The translations under genes and the position numbers were made by a program. Shown piece by piece: positions 1 through 11,252 of a stretch of DNA of 64,000 nt. Within the stretch, counting starts at the first letter, position 1. Every line of letters starts with the position of its first letter. Origin of the DNA: Methanomassiliicoccaceae archaeon (GTDB lineage Archaea; Thermoplasmatota; Thermoplasmata; Methanomassiliicoccales; Methanomassiliicoccaceae); contig CAVSJV010000003.1 in NCBI GenBank assembly GCA_963728405.1, positions 128,001 to 192,000 of the forward strand, written 5' to 3'. The notes below the pieces were generated by a model, which saw only the letters and a program-made list of their open reading frames with translations, was not told the DNA's origin and made no database searches.

Positions 1-188
1 TGGCTCTTGATCCTGATCCTCTTAGTGTCGATGCGCGCGTAAGCTTGCACCGGAGCGCCCCGGCGCTCCGCACCGAAGTATGGGAAGGCCTGGGCGTGAT
101 ACCCCATCCTTACCGCCGCATCCGCCAAGGCCTGGGCGGCCATGACCGCGCCCTGCCCTCCCCGACCGTGGAATCTGACCTCGTACAT
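1..188 (-). CDS. porC: 2-oxoacid:ferredoxin oxidoreductase gamma subunit, N-terminal part (runs off window; frameshift near 160)
   Basis: Manual translation from ATG at 188 gives MYEVRFHGR(G)[44 protein letters not shown], the classic gamma-subunit motifs. Confidence 0.85.
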   Translation of the reverse strand, partial: MYEVRFHGRGGQGAVMAAQALADAAVRMGYHAQAFPYFGAERRGAPVQAYARIDTKRIRIKS

Positions 189-261
189 GTTCGCGACCGC
201 CCCTCAAAATGACGTTTAAAGGTTTAAGAGGTTACCCGCGGGAGCGGGTCCAAGCGACGAT

Positions 262-765
262 TCACGCGATCTCGTTGAAAGAGGAGCCGGGAGCTCCGCA
301 CACCACGCAGCGCTCAGGGAGGTACTCCTCCTCGACGTTGCCGCATATGGGGCAGACGAACAGCTTCTTGGCCGGGAGGTCCTCGCCTTTGCTTACCGCC
401 TCGGCCGCAGCGATGTACTTGCTCTCGTGGACCTTCTCAACGCTGTTAGCATGGGTGAAGGAGCGCACCGCGTCCCGGTTCCCTTCCTCCTTGGCCTGCT
501 CGATGAAGCCGGGGTACATCGTGGTGTGCTCGTAGTTCTCCCCACCGATCGCTTCCTTCAGGTTGTCCGCCGTGCTGCTCACTCCATTGAGGACCTTGAG
601 ATGAGCGAGAGCGTGGATCGTTTCCGCTTCGGCCGCCGCCCGGAACAGCTTGGCCACTTGAGGATAGCCGTCCTCCTCGGCCTTCTTGGCGAAAGCAAGG
701 TATTTCCGGTTCGCTTGTGATTCTCCAGCAAATGCGCTCTTGAGATTATCAGTAGTGGCAGACAT
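262..765 (-). CDS. rbr: Rubrerythrin
   Basis: AFAGESQANRKY and ExxH diiron motifs; C-terminal CPICG...CVVCG rubredoxin site. Confidence 0.95.
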   Translation of the reverse strand: MSATTDNLKSAFAGESQANRKYLAFAKKAEEDGYPQVAKLFRAAAEAETIHALAHLKVLNGVSSTADNLKEAIGGENYEHTTMYPGFIEQAKEEGNRDAVRSFTHANSVEKVHESKYIAAAEAVSKGEDLPAKKLFVCPICGNVEEEYLPERCVVCGAPGSSFNEIA

Positions 766-826
766 TTTTATTCTCTCCGTCCTAAATCAACAGCATGAGC
801 ATATTTTATACTTGTTCCGAACCGAC

Positions 827-1774
827 TCACACCTGAATAGTCGCTGGGACCTTCTCGCCCACCATATCGACCCATGGAGAATAGCGGTCGATCTCTCCCC
901 GGACCGTCATGGCGTAGACACATTGCAGGTGGGAGGTGATCGGCCCGGGGACCTGGGCGCCGATGGGTAATCCGTCGATCGAACGGACCGCGTGCACCTC
1001 CGCGGCCGTCCCGGTCATGAACACCTCGTCGGCAATGAGCAGCTCGCCCCTGGTGATGCTCCTCTCCTGCACTTCGTAACCGAGATCGGTGGCCATACGC
1101 ATCACGGTATCTCGGGTTATCCCCTCTAGGATGCCCTCGGCTAGTCCGGGCGTGGAGATCTTGCCTCTCCGCACCATGAACAGGTTCTCGGCCGAGCCTT
1201 CGGCCACCGTCCCGTTGTGGTTTAGCATGATCGCTTCGTCGGCTCCTAGCCGCATCGCCTCCTTCTTGGCGATGATGGAGTTGACATAGTTACCGCTGAC
1301 CTTAGCATTGAGCGAGGTGGAGCGGTTCGACGGTTTCTCCCAGGACGAAGTGATCAACGACGCGCCGGTCTCGGCCCCCTTGATGTACGCGCCCATATGA
1401 ACGGTCATGATCGCGATATGGGTAGGCACGTTCGTTACGTTGAGGCCGAGCTGCCCATTGCTGCCGTAGAAGGCCAGCGGGCGGATGTAGTCGGCCTGCG
1501 GACCGTTCGCCCTGGTCACCGTCTTGACCGCTTCACAGAGCTCTTCCAGGGAGTAGGGGACATCGAGTTCCAGAACCTTGGCCGAGTCAAGGAACCGAGC
1601 CATGTGGTCCCTCAGCCGGAATATCGCTCTTCCCCTCGGAGTATCGTAGGCCCGCAGGCCCTCGAAGACACCCCATCCATAATGTAATCCGTATGACAGG
1701 ATCGAGACGTTAGCGTCCCTCATGTCGATCAGTTCGCCGTCCCACCAGACCTTTGCTGTGCTATCGATCATCAT
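827..1774 (-). CDS. ilvE: Branched-chain amino acid aminotransferase
   Basis: LHYGWGVFEG, AKVSGNY (PLP Lys), EGSAENLF, ILEGITR, GTAAEV motifs. Confidence 0.93.
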   Translation of the reverse strand: MMIDSTAKVWWDGELIDMRDANVSILSYGLHYGWGVFEGLRAYDTPRGRAIFRLRDHMARFLDSAKVLELDVPYSLEELCEAVKTVTRANGPQADYIRPLAFYGSNGQLGLNVTNVPTHIAIMTVHMGAYIKGAETGASLITSSWEKPSNRSTSLNAKVSGNYVNSIIAKKEAMRLGADEAIMLNHNGTVAEGSAENLFMVRRGKISTPGLAEGILEGITRDTVMRMATDLGYEVQERSITRGELLIADEVFMTGTAAEVHAVRSIDGLPIGAQVPGPITSHLQCVYAMTVRGEIDRYSPWVDMVGEKVPATIQV

Positions 1775-1836
1775 CCCAAAACCCGTGAGGCTAGGGACTC
1801 TTTGGGAGCAGCATTTATTTGAATTATGTGTCTGGA

Positions 1837-2033
1837 CTAATTGGGCGGGGGCGGTACCTGCTCGACCTGCAGGATGCGCTTCAGGAACTGCCGGGTCCGG
1901 TCGTTCTTCGGATTAATGAAGATCATATCAGAATCACCCTCCTCGAGGAAAGCCCCTGGTCCAGGAAGACGACTTTGTCTGCCACATCCTTGGCAAAGCC
2001 CATCTCATGGGTGACGACGACCATGGTCATCAT
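1837..2033 (-). pseudogene. C-terminal remnant of a polar amino-acid ABC transporter ATPase (GlnQ-like)
   Basis: Manual translation [26 protein letters not shown]...[25 protein letters not shown]; Walker A and signature regions absent. Confidence 0.8.
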
Positions 2034-2251
2034 GTGTATGTCGCATCATGCTATGTTATTTCGTAACATAATTTTTAATTAATCTGATAATAACAATTAC
2101 TGGCCAATTCTACGAATTACGATTGCTCCAACTTACGATGATAAATATCGGCTCTCCCTGTCCAATTTATTCTGAGTAACAGGCCATAAGGCAGCATTGG
2201 AAACGATACTCCCTGGGCAATCGCATAAATCCTACGTTCATAATTAGGGGA

Positions 2252-3295
2252 TTGATGGCAGAGAATAAGCAACTGATCCGGAGCAAGGCGCCGTTGCGCA
2301 TCAGCTTCGCCGGCGGTGGCACCGACGTCCCACCCTATTGCGATGAGCGTGGAGGGGCCGTGCTCAACTCCACCATCGATCGGTTCGCTTATTGTACCAT
2401 CTCCCCCCGGAAGGACAAAGAGATCACGATCCGCTCGCTGGACTATGGGGTCGTGGAGAAGTGGCGGGCCTGCGGGGACATGTTCCTCTATGACGGCAAC
2501 CTTGATCTGATCAAGGCCGTCCTAAACCACTTCGAGGTCGACCGCGGGTTCGACATGTTCCTACATTGCGAAGCGCCTCCCGGCTCAGGCCTCGGTTCCT
2601 CATCCACGGTGATCGTTTCGATAATCGGGGCGATGGCCGAATGGTTGAACGAACCCCTGTCCCAGTACGACATCGCTCATCTCGCCTATGTCCTAGAAAG
2701 GAAGGAGCTGGGGCTAGCCGGGGGGAAACAGGACCAGTATGCATCGGTGTTCGGCGGGTTCAACTTCATGGAGTTCATGGGTCCGCAGACGATTGTCACG
2801 CCGTTGCGGGTCAAGGCCAACATCCTTAACGAGCTACACTACCAGCTGCTGTTGGGCAATACGGGAAAGACCCGAGATTCATCGAACATCATCAAGAGCC
2901 AGACCGCAGGATACCTGGAGAAGAACGAGCAGGTAATGGATGCCCTTGACAACACCAGGCGACTGGCGAAGGAGAGCAAGGACGCATTGCTACGCGGCAA
3001 TATTCGGCAGATCGGAGAGCTCCTGAACGAGTCCTGGAACTACAAGAAGCGCTTCACCTCAAAAATCTCCAATGATCGCATCGATACGATTTACGAAACC
3101 GCCTTGGCCAACGGAGCCATTGGCGGCAAGATCTCCGGGGCCGGCGGGGGCGGGTTCATGTTCTTTATCTGCGAGTATGACCGCAAGCACAACGTGGCCA
3201 ATGAGCTCACGAAGCTAGGCGTGGAGATAGCGAACTATAACTTCGACAAGTACGGCCTGCAGACCTGGAGGTATTGCGATGAGCCTTCTCATTGA
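2252..3295 (+). CDS. hddA: D-glycero-alpha-D-manno-heptose-7-phosphate kinase (GHMP family)
   Basis: KAPLRISFAGGGTDV, PPGSGLGSSS, GGKQDQYA, GGKISGAGGGGF; adjacent to gmhA/gmhB. Confidence 0.88.
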   Translation: MMAENKQLIRSKAPLRISFAGGGTDVPPYCDERGGAVLNSTIDRFAYCTISPRKDKEITIRSLDYGVVEKWRACGDMFLYDGNLDLIKAVLNHFEVDRGFDMFLHCEAPPGSGLGSSSTVIVSIIGAMAEWLNEPLSQYDIAHLAYVLERKELGLAGGKQDQYASVFGGFNFMEFMGPQTIVTPLRVKANILNELHYQLLLGNTGKTRDSSNIIKSQTAGYLEKNEQVMDALDNTRRLAKESKDALLRGNIRQIGELLNESWNYKKRFTSKISNDRIDTIYETALANGAIGGKISGAGGGGFMFFICEYDRKHNVANELTKLGVEIANYNFDKYGLQTWRYCDEPSH

Positions 3296-4311
3296 GAACG
3301 AGCTGGCGGAATCGGCCTCGGTGATCTCGTCGGTCGACCCTCGGCAGATCGAAGCGATCGTCAATGCGATCATCACCTCGATGCGCAAGGGCGGAAAGGT
3401 CATCTTGTTCGGCAACGGCGGCAGCGCCGCCGACGCCATGCACCTGGCCGCCGAGTTCTCTGGCCGCTATCTCATGGAACGGCCGGCCATGGATGGTATC
3501 GCCCTCAGTTCTTTGTCCTCCATCACTGGGATCGGCAACGACTACGGTTACGAGCGCGTTTTCGTTCGCCAGCTGGAAGCTTGCCTGAAGGCTGGTGATG
3601 TGGCCATCGGCATAAGCACCAGCGGGACCTCCAAGAAACGTGGTCATCGCTCTGCAGCGGGCCAAGGAGCTAGGTGCGATTACCGCCTCGTTCACCGGTT
3701 CGGGAGGGGCTATCAAGGATATGGTCGATCATCCGTTGATCATACCATCGAAGAGTACCCCTCGCATCCAAGAGTCCTATCTCTGTGCGGGCCACATCAT
3801 CTGCGGTTTGGTGGAGAAAGGCATGTTCGGCAGGAAGGCTGTCTTCATCGACCGGGACGATACCATCGTCAAGGACGTACCCTATTGCTCAAGGCCTGAG
3901 GACCTGCATATTTTCCCGGGAGTGGGTCGTTCCATCAAGAAGCTCAATGACGTCGGGTATCTGGTCGTATTGGTGACTAACCAATCGGGAGTCAGCCGGG
4001 GTTACTTTGACGAGGCCATGCTAACAAAGATCCACGAAAAGCTGCGCAAGGACCTGGAGGCCGACGGCGCCACCATTGACGCCATCTACTATTGCCCTCA
4101 CCATCCCGATGACAAGTGTTCCTGCCGGAAGCCGGCCACAGGCATGATCGAGCGGGCGGTCAGGGACCTGAGCATCGATCTGCGTTCCTCGTTCGTCATC
4201 GGCGACGGGGACCATGACGTAGCTATGGGGGAGAAGGCCGGATGCGTTGCGTTCAAGGTCGGTAAGGGATTCGCCTTCAACGACGCCGTGGATAAGATAC
4301 TAGAACGATAG
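3279..4311 (+). CDS. gmhA-gmhB: Fused phosphoheptose isomerase (GmhA) + heptose-1,7-bisphosphate phosphatase (GmhB, HAD-IIIA); frameshift near 3635
   Basis: GNGGSAADAMH, GNDYGY, STSGTS in ORF 3279; RIQE...HIICGLVE continues without a stop into FIDRDDT, VTNQSG, CPHHP...CSCRKP in ORF 3640. Confidence 0.85.
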
Positions 4312-4313
4312 GG

Positions 4314-5201
4314 TCAGTCCTTCTTGACATCCTTGGTGGAGGCTACCTGGCTCCACACCGCTTTGTCGCCTCGGTCCAGGGTAACGTAAACGGTCGCGTA
4401 TAGTCTGGCCATGCCCTCCATGGCCATGGCCACCAGTATCTTCGGCAGGTAGCGTCTGTTGTCCCGTAGGAAATCTAGGTATGATGCAAAGAGGTAGCGG
4501 GCGTTCCAGGTCGGGACCTCATAGCCGTAAATGCGCTTCATGTACTGCTCGCCGATGTTGACCCGGGTCCTCTGTTTAAAGAAGTCCCGGACCGTGGTCG
4601 GCCCCTTGTTGTGGACGATGGCCTCGGGAGCGTAAACGGTCCTCAGGTCTTTCCTCTCCAGCTCCATCCGGATGATGTCCTCATCCGATTGCATGCTCGT
4701 CGGCAATTCCATGCGAGGGTTGCGGAACGCCACCAGCTCGCCGGCCTTTGGATAGATCAAAGACAATCGATGATGCATGTCCCACAACATGTGGACAGCG
4801 AACCCAGTGACCGTGTTCTTCTCATTGGTTGGAATCGGATGGCCGCCGACCATACCGACGGCGGGGTCTTCGAAGGGGTGCAACAGCGAAGCCAGGGAGC
4901 CGGGCGCCAGGGTGTTGTCGGCATTGAGCAAGACGAGCACTTCGCCCCTGGCCTCGGCCATGAATAGATTGACAGCGGAGTTCTTACCCGCCCTCCGCTC
5001 CTGACGCAACAACCTGATGCGGGGATCGACCTTTGCATATTCCTGAACTATGTCGTCGGTGCGGTCGGTGCTTGCGCTCGATACCACGATCACCTCCACG
5101 ACATCGAAGCCGTTCAACGTCTGGGCGGATATCGATCTAACGGAATCCAGGATATTTTTCTCCTCGTTGTACGCGCATACACCTATTGACACCAGCATCA
5201 T
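4314..5201 (-). CDS. Glycosyltransferase family 2
   Basis: VSIGVCAYNEE, STDRT, NADN, SDED, QRTRV motifs. Confidence 0.88.
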   Translation of the reverse strand: MMLVSIGVCAYNEEKNILDSVRSISAQTLNGFDVVEVIVVSSASTDRTDDIVQEYAKVDPRIRLLRQERRAGKNSAVNLFMAEARGEVLVLLNADNTLAPGSLASLLHPFEDPAVGMVGGHPIPTNEKNTVTGFAVHMLWDMHHRLSLIYPKAGELVAFRNPRMELPTSMQSDEDIIRMELERKDLRTVYAPEAIVHNKGPTTVRDFFKQRTRVNIGEQYMKRIYGYEVPTWNARYLFASYLDFLRDNRRYLPKILVAMAMEGMARLYATVYVTLDRGDKAVWSQVASTKDVKKD

Positions 5202-5370
5202 ACTGATAGGGGTAATGTGAATGGTTTTTAACTTATTATCGAACGAAGGGGTGTTCTTGCTCCAGACGAGGGCATGATGGTTTTCCAATAGGTCCTTCCC
5301 GCCGCGGGAAGCTGGGGTCCCCCTCCGTAGTAGCTCTTATCTACAGATAGTCACATGGGCAGCGCAAGAA

Positions 5371-6327
5371 TTGGATATGATGAACGATAGCAGCCGTCCT
5401 AAGGTTTCCGTAGTTATCCCTTCCCATAATCGCAAGGACAAACTGCTGCGTCTTCTGGACTCAGTGGTAAAAAGCGATTACCCCTCAGACTGGATAGAGT
5501 TGATCGTTGTCGATGACGCTTCCACCGACGGCACCTCCGAAGCGGTGGTCGATCGCTTTCCCAAAGCGGTGGTCATCAGGAACAAGACCAATTCCTTCGT
5601 GTCCCACTCCAGGAACGTTGGGATCGGACGGGCCAGTGGCGACCTGATCTTCGTCCTGGATGATGATAATGTCATTGATACCCGTTGCATCTCCATGCTG
5701 GTGGAGGGGTTCGGGTCCGGACCCCGTGTCGGCCTGGTGGGACCGACCATGTATTATTACGGAGATCCCAAGAGGATATGGTGCGCGGGCATCGATCGAA
5801 GCATGATCACGTCCCTCACACGGATAATAGGACGCGACGAGATGGACACTGGGCAGTTTCCCCACATAATGCCTTCAAAGGACTTCCCCAATGCGTTCAT
5901 GATGAGCCGCCGTGCCCTCGACAAGGCTGGCATGTTCAACGAGAAGCTGTTCCCCTTCTTATATGAAGAGTCGGACATCGCCGAGAGGATCCGTAGGGCT
6001 GGTTTCGATGTTCTTTTCCAACCGGCCGCCAAGGATTGGCACGATATTCCCACAAACGAGGCGACGGAGGATAAGCTAAGGCTCCTTCATATCCACGACG
6101 AGAAAAGGGCCTATTTCGCTGGAAAGAACCGCGTCCTGTTCTTCAGACTATATTCCAAGCCATATGAGAGGTTCCTCTACCTGATGGTCTTTAATTGGGT
6201 CATGGCAGGCTACTACTTGGGAACGATCCTGCGGGCAAGGGGAAAAGGCCGCCCGGAACGGATGAAGCTGGCCAGAGGTTATGTATCGGGCATATTCGAC
6301 GGCCTTAGGGAAGACCTGGACGGCTGA
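5371..6327 (+). CDS. Glycosyltransferase family 2 (WbbL/GT2-like)
   Basis: VSVVIPSHNR, VVDDASTDGT, LDDDN, YEESD. Confidence 0.9.
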   Translation: MDMMNDSSRPKVSVVIPSHNRKDKLLRLLDSVVKSDYPSDWIELIVVDDASTDGTSEAVVDRFPKAVVIRNKTNSFVSHSRNVGIGRASGDLIFVLDDDNVIDTRCISMLVEGFGSGPRVGLVGPTMYYYGDPKRIWCAGIDRSMITSLTRIIGRDEMDTGQFPHIMPSKDFPNAFMMSRRALDKAGMFNEKLFPFLYEESDIAERIRRAGFDVLFQPAAKDWHDIPTNEATEDKLRLLHIHDEKRAYFAGKNRVLFFRLYSKPYERFLYLMVFNWVMAGYYLGTILRARGKGRPERMKLARGYVSGIFDGLREDLDG

Positions 6328-6362
6328 TCGCACCGGCGGGTCGATCGTGTTCTTGAAACCTT

Positions 6363-7486
6363 TCAGGTCTCCTGGTCCGGCCCGGCTCGACCGGGCGGCT
6401 TGACCAGACCACTGATCAAACGCTCGAAGTCCGCTGCGCTCCGGTCCCAACTGAACTGGCGGGCCCAGTTCAAGGAACGCTCGCTGAGCCGGGTCCGCAG
6501 TCCTTCGTCCGTCAATACTTTCATTAGCGCTTCGGCAAGGCCTTCGATGTCTCCCTCGGGAACGAGCAGGCCCGTCTGATCGTCTATGATAGAATCCCTT
6601 AATCCAGGAACATGTCATAGGATATGGCGGGGGTCCCCCGGGCATTGGCCTCGATCACCGAGATCCCCCAGCCCTCCTTCATGGATGCGGTGACGAACAC
6701 CCAGGCGGAGGATAAAGTCTCTTTCTTCTCCTCGTCGCTGACCTCACCTAGGAACCGAACACTGTCCTTCACGCCCATCTCTGAAGCGAGCGACCTTAGA
6801 GCCTCTACATCTCCTCGTCCAGCAATCACAAGTTCGGCCGCGGAGATCGTTTTCTTGACCGCCGCGAAGGCCCGTATCACATGGTCCAACCGCTTGTAAT
6901 CCTTTATCCGCCCCATGTAGACGATCCGGGGAGAGGCGGCCTTACTACCACTTCCCTCGCAAGCAAGGTCTATCCCGTTCTGTACAACGCTGATCCGATC
7001 CTGCCAATCCCGAAATCTACCAGCTCACTCCTGCTGCTCTCCGAAACGGTGACGAACGGGCATTGTCGATATAATGAAGGGATGGACCTCTCGCCAACAT
7101 AACCAATGATGGAAGCGGGGAAGGGTAGTTCTCTCTTGAAAATCGGCCACCCCACTATGTGATGGACCACTGCTATGATGGGGGCCCTGGAGAACAGTGG
7201 AGAAAAGAACGAGACGCCGTTGATGTCATCGATCACCATATCATAATCTTGTGAGCTGGCCAGAAGGCGAAGTGCCACTTGTACGTATTGAGAGTATTTT
7301 CCCCCCCGCCTGATCACGGTGATGCCATCGATAATCTCATCACTCTTTGAGCCGGAGTACCGTGCACTGAAAAGGGTGACCTCGTGATTCCTTGCCAACC
7401 TCTTGCCTATCTCGTGGACTGTACTTCTCGGCTCCACCGGCTTCTGGGTGAGTGATGTCCCTCCAGTTCAGAATCAGTATTCTCAA
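6363..7486 (-). CDS. Glycosyltransferase family 4 (frameshifted, several pieces)
   Basis: TTG start MRILILNWRDITHPEAGGAE...; GRIKDYKR; EGWGISVIEANARGTP. Confidence 0.85.
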
Positions 7487-7603
7487 GCCGTTGTCACACT
7501 CTTCCTCATGCCTCAGCACATTACCTGATGCAATAAAAATATTGAACGATTGCCCGAGGGCATATGTGATCCATTCGATATTTTGTCAGCTCTACCCATC
7601 TAT

Positions 7604-10600
7604 TTACCCCCTGGGCGGTTTACATCGGAAGGAGCCTCTTTTAAGCTTATACTTTTTTTCCTCTCGCTCAAATACTAATGAAATGATGATTATTGCGGCA
7701 ATGCCGAATATTACACCGAAGGCCAGGAGGCCTAGACCATTGAAATCCACCTTGGCTCGGTCCTCCAACACAAGGGTGGAGTTGCCCCCCTGGCTCGACA
7801 CTAACAGACCGGTAGTAGTAAAATAAATGGGGATCGTCGTCAGCTTTACTCCAGCCGTCTGTGTGTTCAGTGCCGTACCATAGTAGACCTCGGGGACCTC
7901 ACGCAAGGTCCAGCCCGAACCTGAGAATGAGAGCACATAAGTGTTAGCGTACCCGTTGGAACTTGCGCTCTCCTCGGTGTTCGATAGGCCCCCATCCACG
8001 ACCAGGGGGCCATCGGATAATATCAAGGTCACATTCTTATCGACCATCTTCTGAACGGTAAGGTTGTCGAACCAGGTGGTGGCGCGTCCCTCCCTCGTAT
8101 CATTGACCCATCCCGCATTCAGCACCACTCGGATATTCGTTGTATCCTGGGGAATCTGCACCAAGTTCGAGAATGAAGTCCAATTTTCGCTCCCATCCTT
8201 TCCGTGCATCAGCTCAGCTAGCCTGTAGACCTGCCCATTCTCTCTTATCCCGTCAATGGCCACATGCGATTGTTTCGTATTATTCCATTTCATCTGGATA
8301 CTAATTAGGCATTGTTCTCCCTTCGTTACTGCTATGGGGCCACCCACAACATTGCTCCAATAGCCCTCTTGGGACGTTGAGGTGGTAAGGTTTAATGAAT
8401 AATTACCATTCGTTTTTTCCGTGACATCCAGTCTCCCCCAAAAGTCCAGTGTGGGTGAACCGACGGAAGATACCCCAGGGCTGAAGAGCCATTGTAGATT
8501 TTCGAATTGTTCCTCGAATACTGTGGTCAATGAATCGTTGAATATCACTAATGCCTCGCCCTTGGTCAGTGTGACCCGCTCACCAGTCTTGTTGATTGAT
8601 AACGGAGTAGCCTGATCCAGAAGAATGGTCTGATCGCCATCACCCAATATTGAAACGTTATATTGACCATACTCCTTGAGCACACTAAATGAGGATCTAC
8701 TCGTATCGTCCCTCCCATCCCATTCAAAACGATTCGGATCGAGATTATACAACACCGTCCGATTCTCAAGGAAGTTACCACTATCTTGCTGGACTCTCTC
8801 CCATTTGTCAACTGGGATTGCCAGGATCAGGTTAACGGCGTTCGTTCCCTGGATGTTGGTCAGTTCAAATGTGGTTTTTCCATCTAAATCGATGGGGCCC
8901 AAGTTGGTCCAAAGGAACTCAGAGCTCTCGTTCGCCCACTTCGTCTGTAAATCGTATGACCGATCGTTGATGTCGATATGTATCTCCCCCCCTCAGGACT
9001 ATACATGGATCTGGCCAGAATCACGTATTCGTTCGGTTCGAAGGATTGAGAATATGTGATCATGTCCTTCGCCCCCATTGTGTATGCGTACCCATAATCT
9101 GGAAGATATGAGAACGACCACTCATAGTTCGGTACCTCCTGCAGTATCGGGGACCATCTGCCGCCAATCCTGTCTTGGATATAACCGGGTGACCAGTTGT
9201 CGCTGGGGCCCCATGCTTTTATGACCCAGGAGGCAGGGTTCAAGATAGTGCCCTGTGATTGAAGGATGGCCAGGGACGCTTCGAGGTCCTCCATCGTTTT
9301 GTGGGGGCCAACCAGCAGGGGCCAGTTGGGTAATTGATCTAGCGATTCCAATGAGAAATACGAATCCAATGTTACAGGGAGGAACGTGTTGTTGGTCTGC
9401 GAGCTCAAGTACGGATAGGTCCTCCTAAAGTCCTCAAGCCCACCAAGAATGAAAAGCCCAGATTGCCCCGATGATGGTTGATCGAGTAGCTGGAATGCCG
9501 TAATCTTTCCTTTTACTGCCACTTCAATAAATTGAGAAGAGTTGCTCAGCCCGTTCCTAATCTCCCGATACGAGGGCGTAGAGACCATCTCCTTTCCGAA
9601 CTCCATTGCATAATAAGAATCGATCGCGTACCCATCCACCACGACATATTTGATCCCCAATCCTTGTAGGATTTCCCATAGGAACGAGTAATCTCCTTCT
9701 TGGATCATTGGACTATAAAGAGCGTCCACGGTATAATGGACGATATATTGCACTGTACCCCCCTCAATATTCTGCAGAGTGTACATGTTTGGTAGCCCTT
9801 CATTCACGGGTTGGATGACGAGGATCTTATCCACTGTAGGATTCTTGTTGATCTCAGCTATCACATTAGACAGGTCTACTGATTCCTGGGTCATCTCGAA
9901 GGTTAAGCCCCCATAGAATTGAAGGCCATTCCCTCTCCCGACCTGAGGGACCGTCCAGACGAGAACACTTGATAGAACTAAGGCGAGCACAACCAGGATG
10001 CAGACCGCCTTTGGTTGAGATAGCGCCTTCAGATTCCACTTTCTTTCTCCGACCATTGTGATGAATCGACCTAAACATATGCTGATGAGCGGTATAAGAC
10101 TTAGGAGTATGACCAGATTGGCAAATCGGGTCTTACGGAACATCAACAACAGTGCTGATAATATTGGGGAATTCCGAACAGCATCTGAGGACACCAAAGA
10201 ATCGATAATGATTGGGATTTTTTGTCCGGGCATTATCGAGAACAAAGCGATCGAAAGCACCATGAAGACAATAATTGTGACCGCCCTCGCATGGTCGTTT
10301 CTCTCCTTTATGAATGATAGGGAATATATTATCAGGAATATTAGAAGACTAGCGGCCAGCAACTGTCATCAGCGGAAGCAGGTCGCCAAATTGCGTTGAA
10401 TAAATGAAATAATCGCGATAGGTCCCCTCGTAGCTCATCCCTGCTAAATAGTTTGCCGGATTGGCGTAGACGAAATTTGGTATGAAAGCATCTGGATTCA
10501 GAGTCGCAACCACTCCGGATGATGACCTTATTCCAGATTCGTTAGCCGATATGCCTGGAAGGCGATATATGGCTTCGACGCCCAATCCTAATAAGGCGAA

Positions 10601-11252
10601 GACTACGAAGGTCGCATTGACCTTTACGGCCCTCCCCCAGTTAGCTGTTTTTGCCAAGACCTCGGGGATGGTGATAATCATCAGGGAGATAGGTATAAGG
10701 AACAATGCAGAGCGAGGGTCGGCCATGGTCAAAACGGATAAGCTAAGGCCACTCAAGACCGCAAATCGAAGGGAGTTCCTTCGGAGGGCGAGGAGCAGGA
10801 GCAGAATGACCAGCGGCGAGAAGGCCCTCACTAGCACCAGGGTCGGGAAGTTGTCCCCGAACGCATTCCAGGGGAACATCATGTATGCGATGCTCGCGAG
10901 CAGGGGGACGAGGAGGTCGAACCGATATCGGTCCGGTCGTTTACCCGTGTAGTATTGTTTTGCGAGGACAGTAGGCAAAGAACCCCCCCAACACATGGTA
11001 GAAGACCATCAAGAGGCCTATTGCCAGCGGCGATGGTATCCGCAGCCAATCGATGGCCACTAGTGGAAAGTAGTGGAACCTCTCGATCTCGTTGAACGGT
11101 AGCGAATAGTAGGAGAAGTCGCCGATACCGATGTTGCCGACCAGCAGCCCCAGGATGTTTCTCCCTTCGACTAACCCTATGATTATCAGGACGATGATAA
11201 CCAATAGATACTCACGAGCTCGGGGTCTGCTTTCCAAATACTTAATCCGCAT
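7604..11252 (-). CDS. Giant multi-pass membrane protein, GT-C/AftD/YfhO-like, with extracellular CBM-like domain and C-terminal TM anchor (frameshifted into 4 ORFs)
   Basis: Consecutive minus-strand ORFs 10941-11252, 10349-10996, 8884-10362, 7604-8902; many TM helices, LGIKYVVV motif, W-rich beta domain, terminal TM plus basic tail. Confidence 0.6.

Noticed and set aside
3630-3645. Programmed frameshifting in gmhA, lemA, the aldo-keto reductase, porC and others
   Set aside because: Single-base indels are scattered across unrelated genes without a common slippery motif; assembly error is more parsimonious
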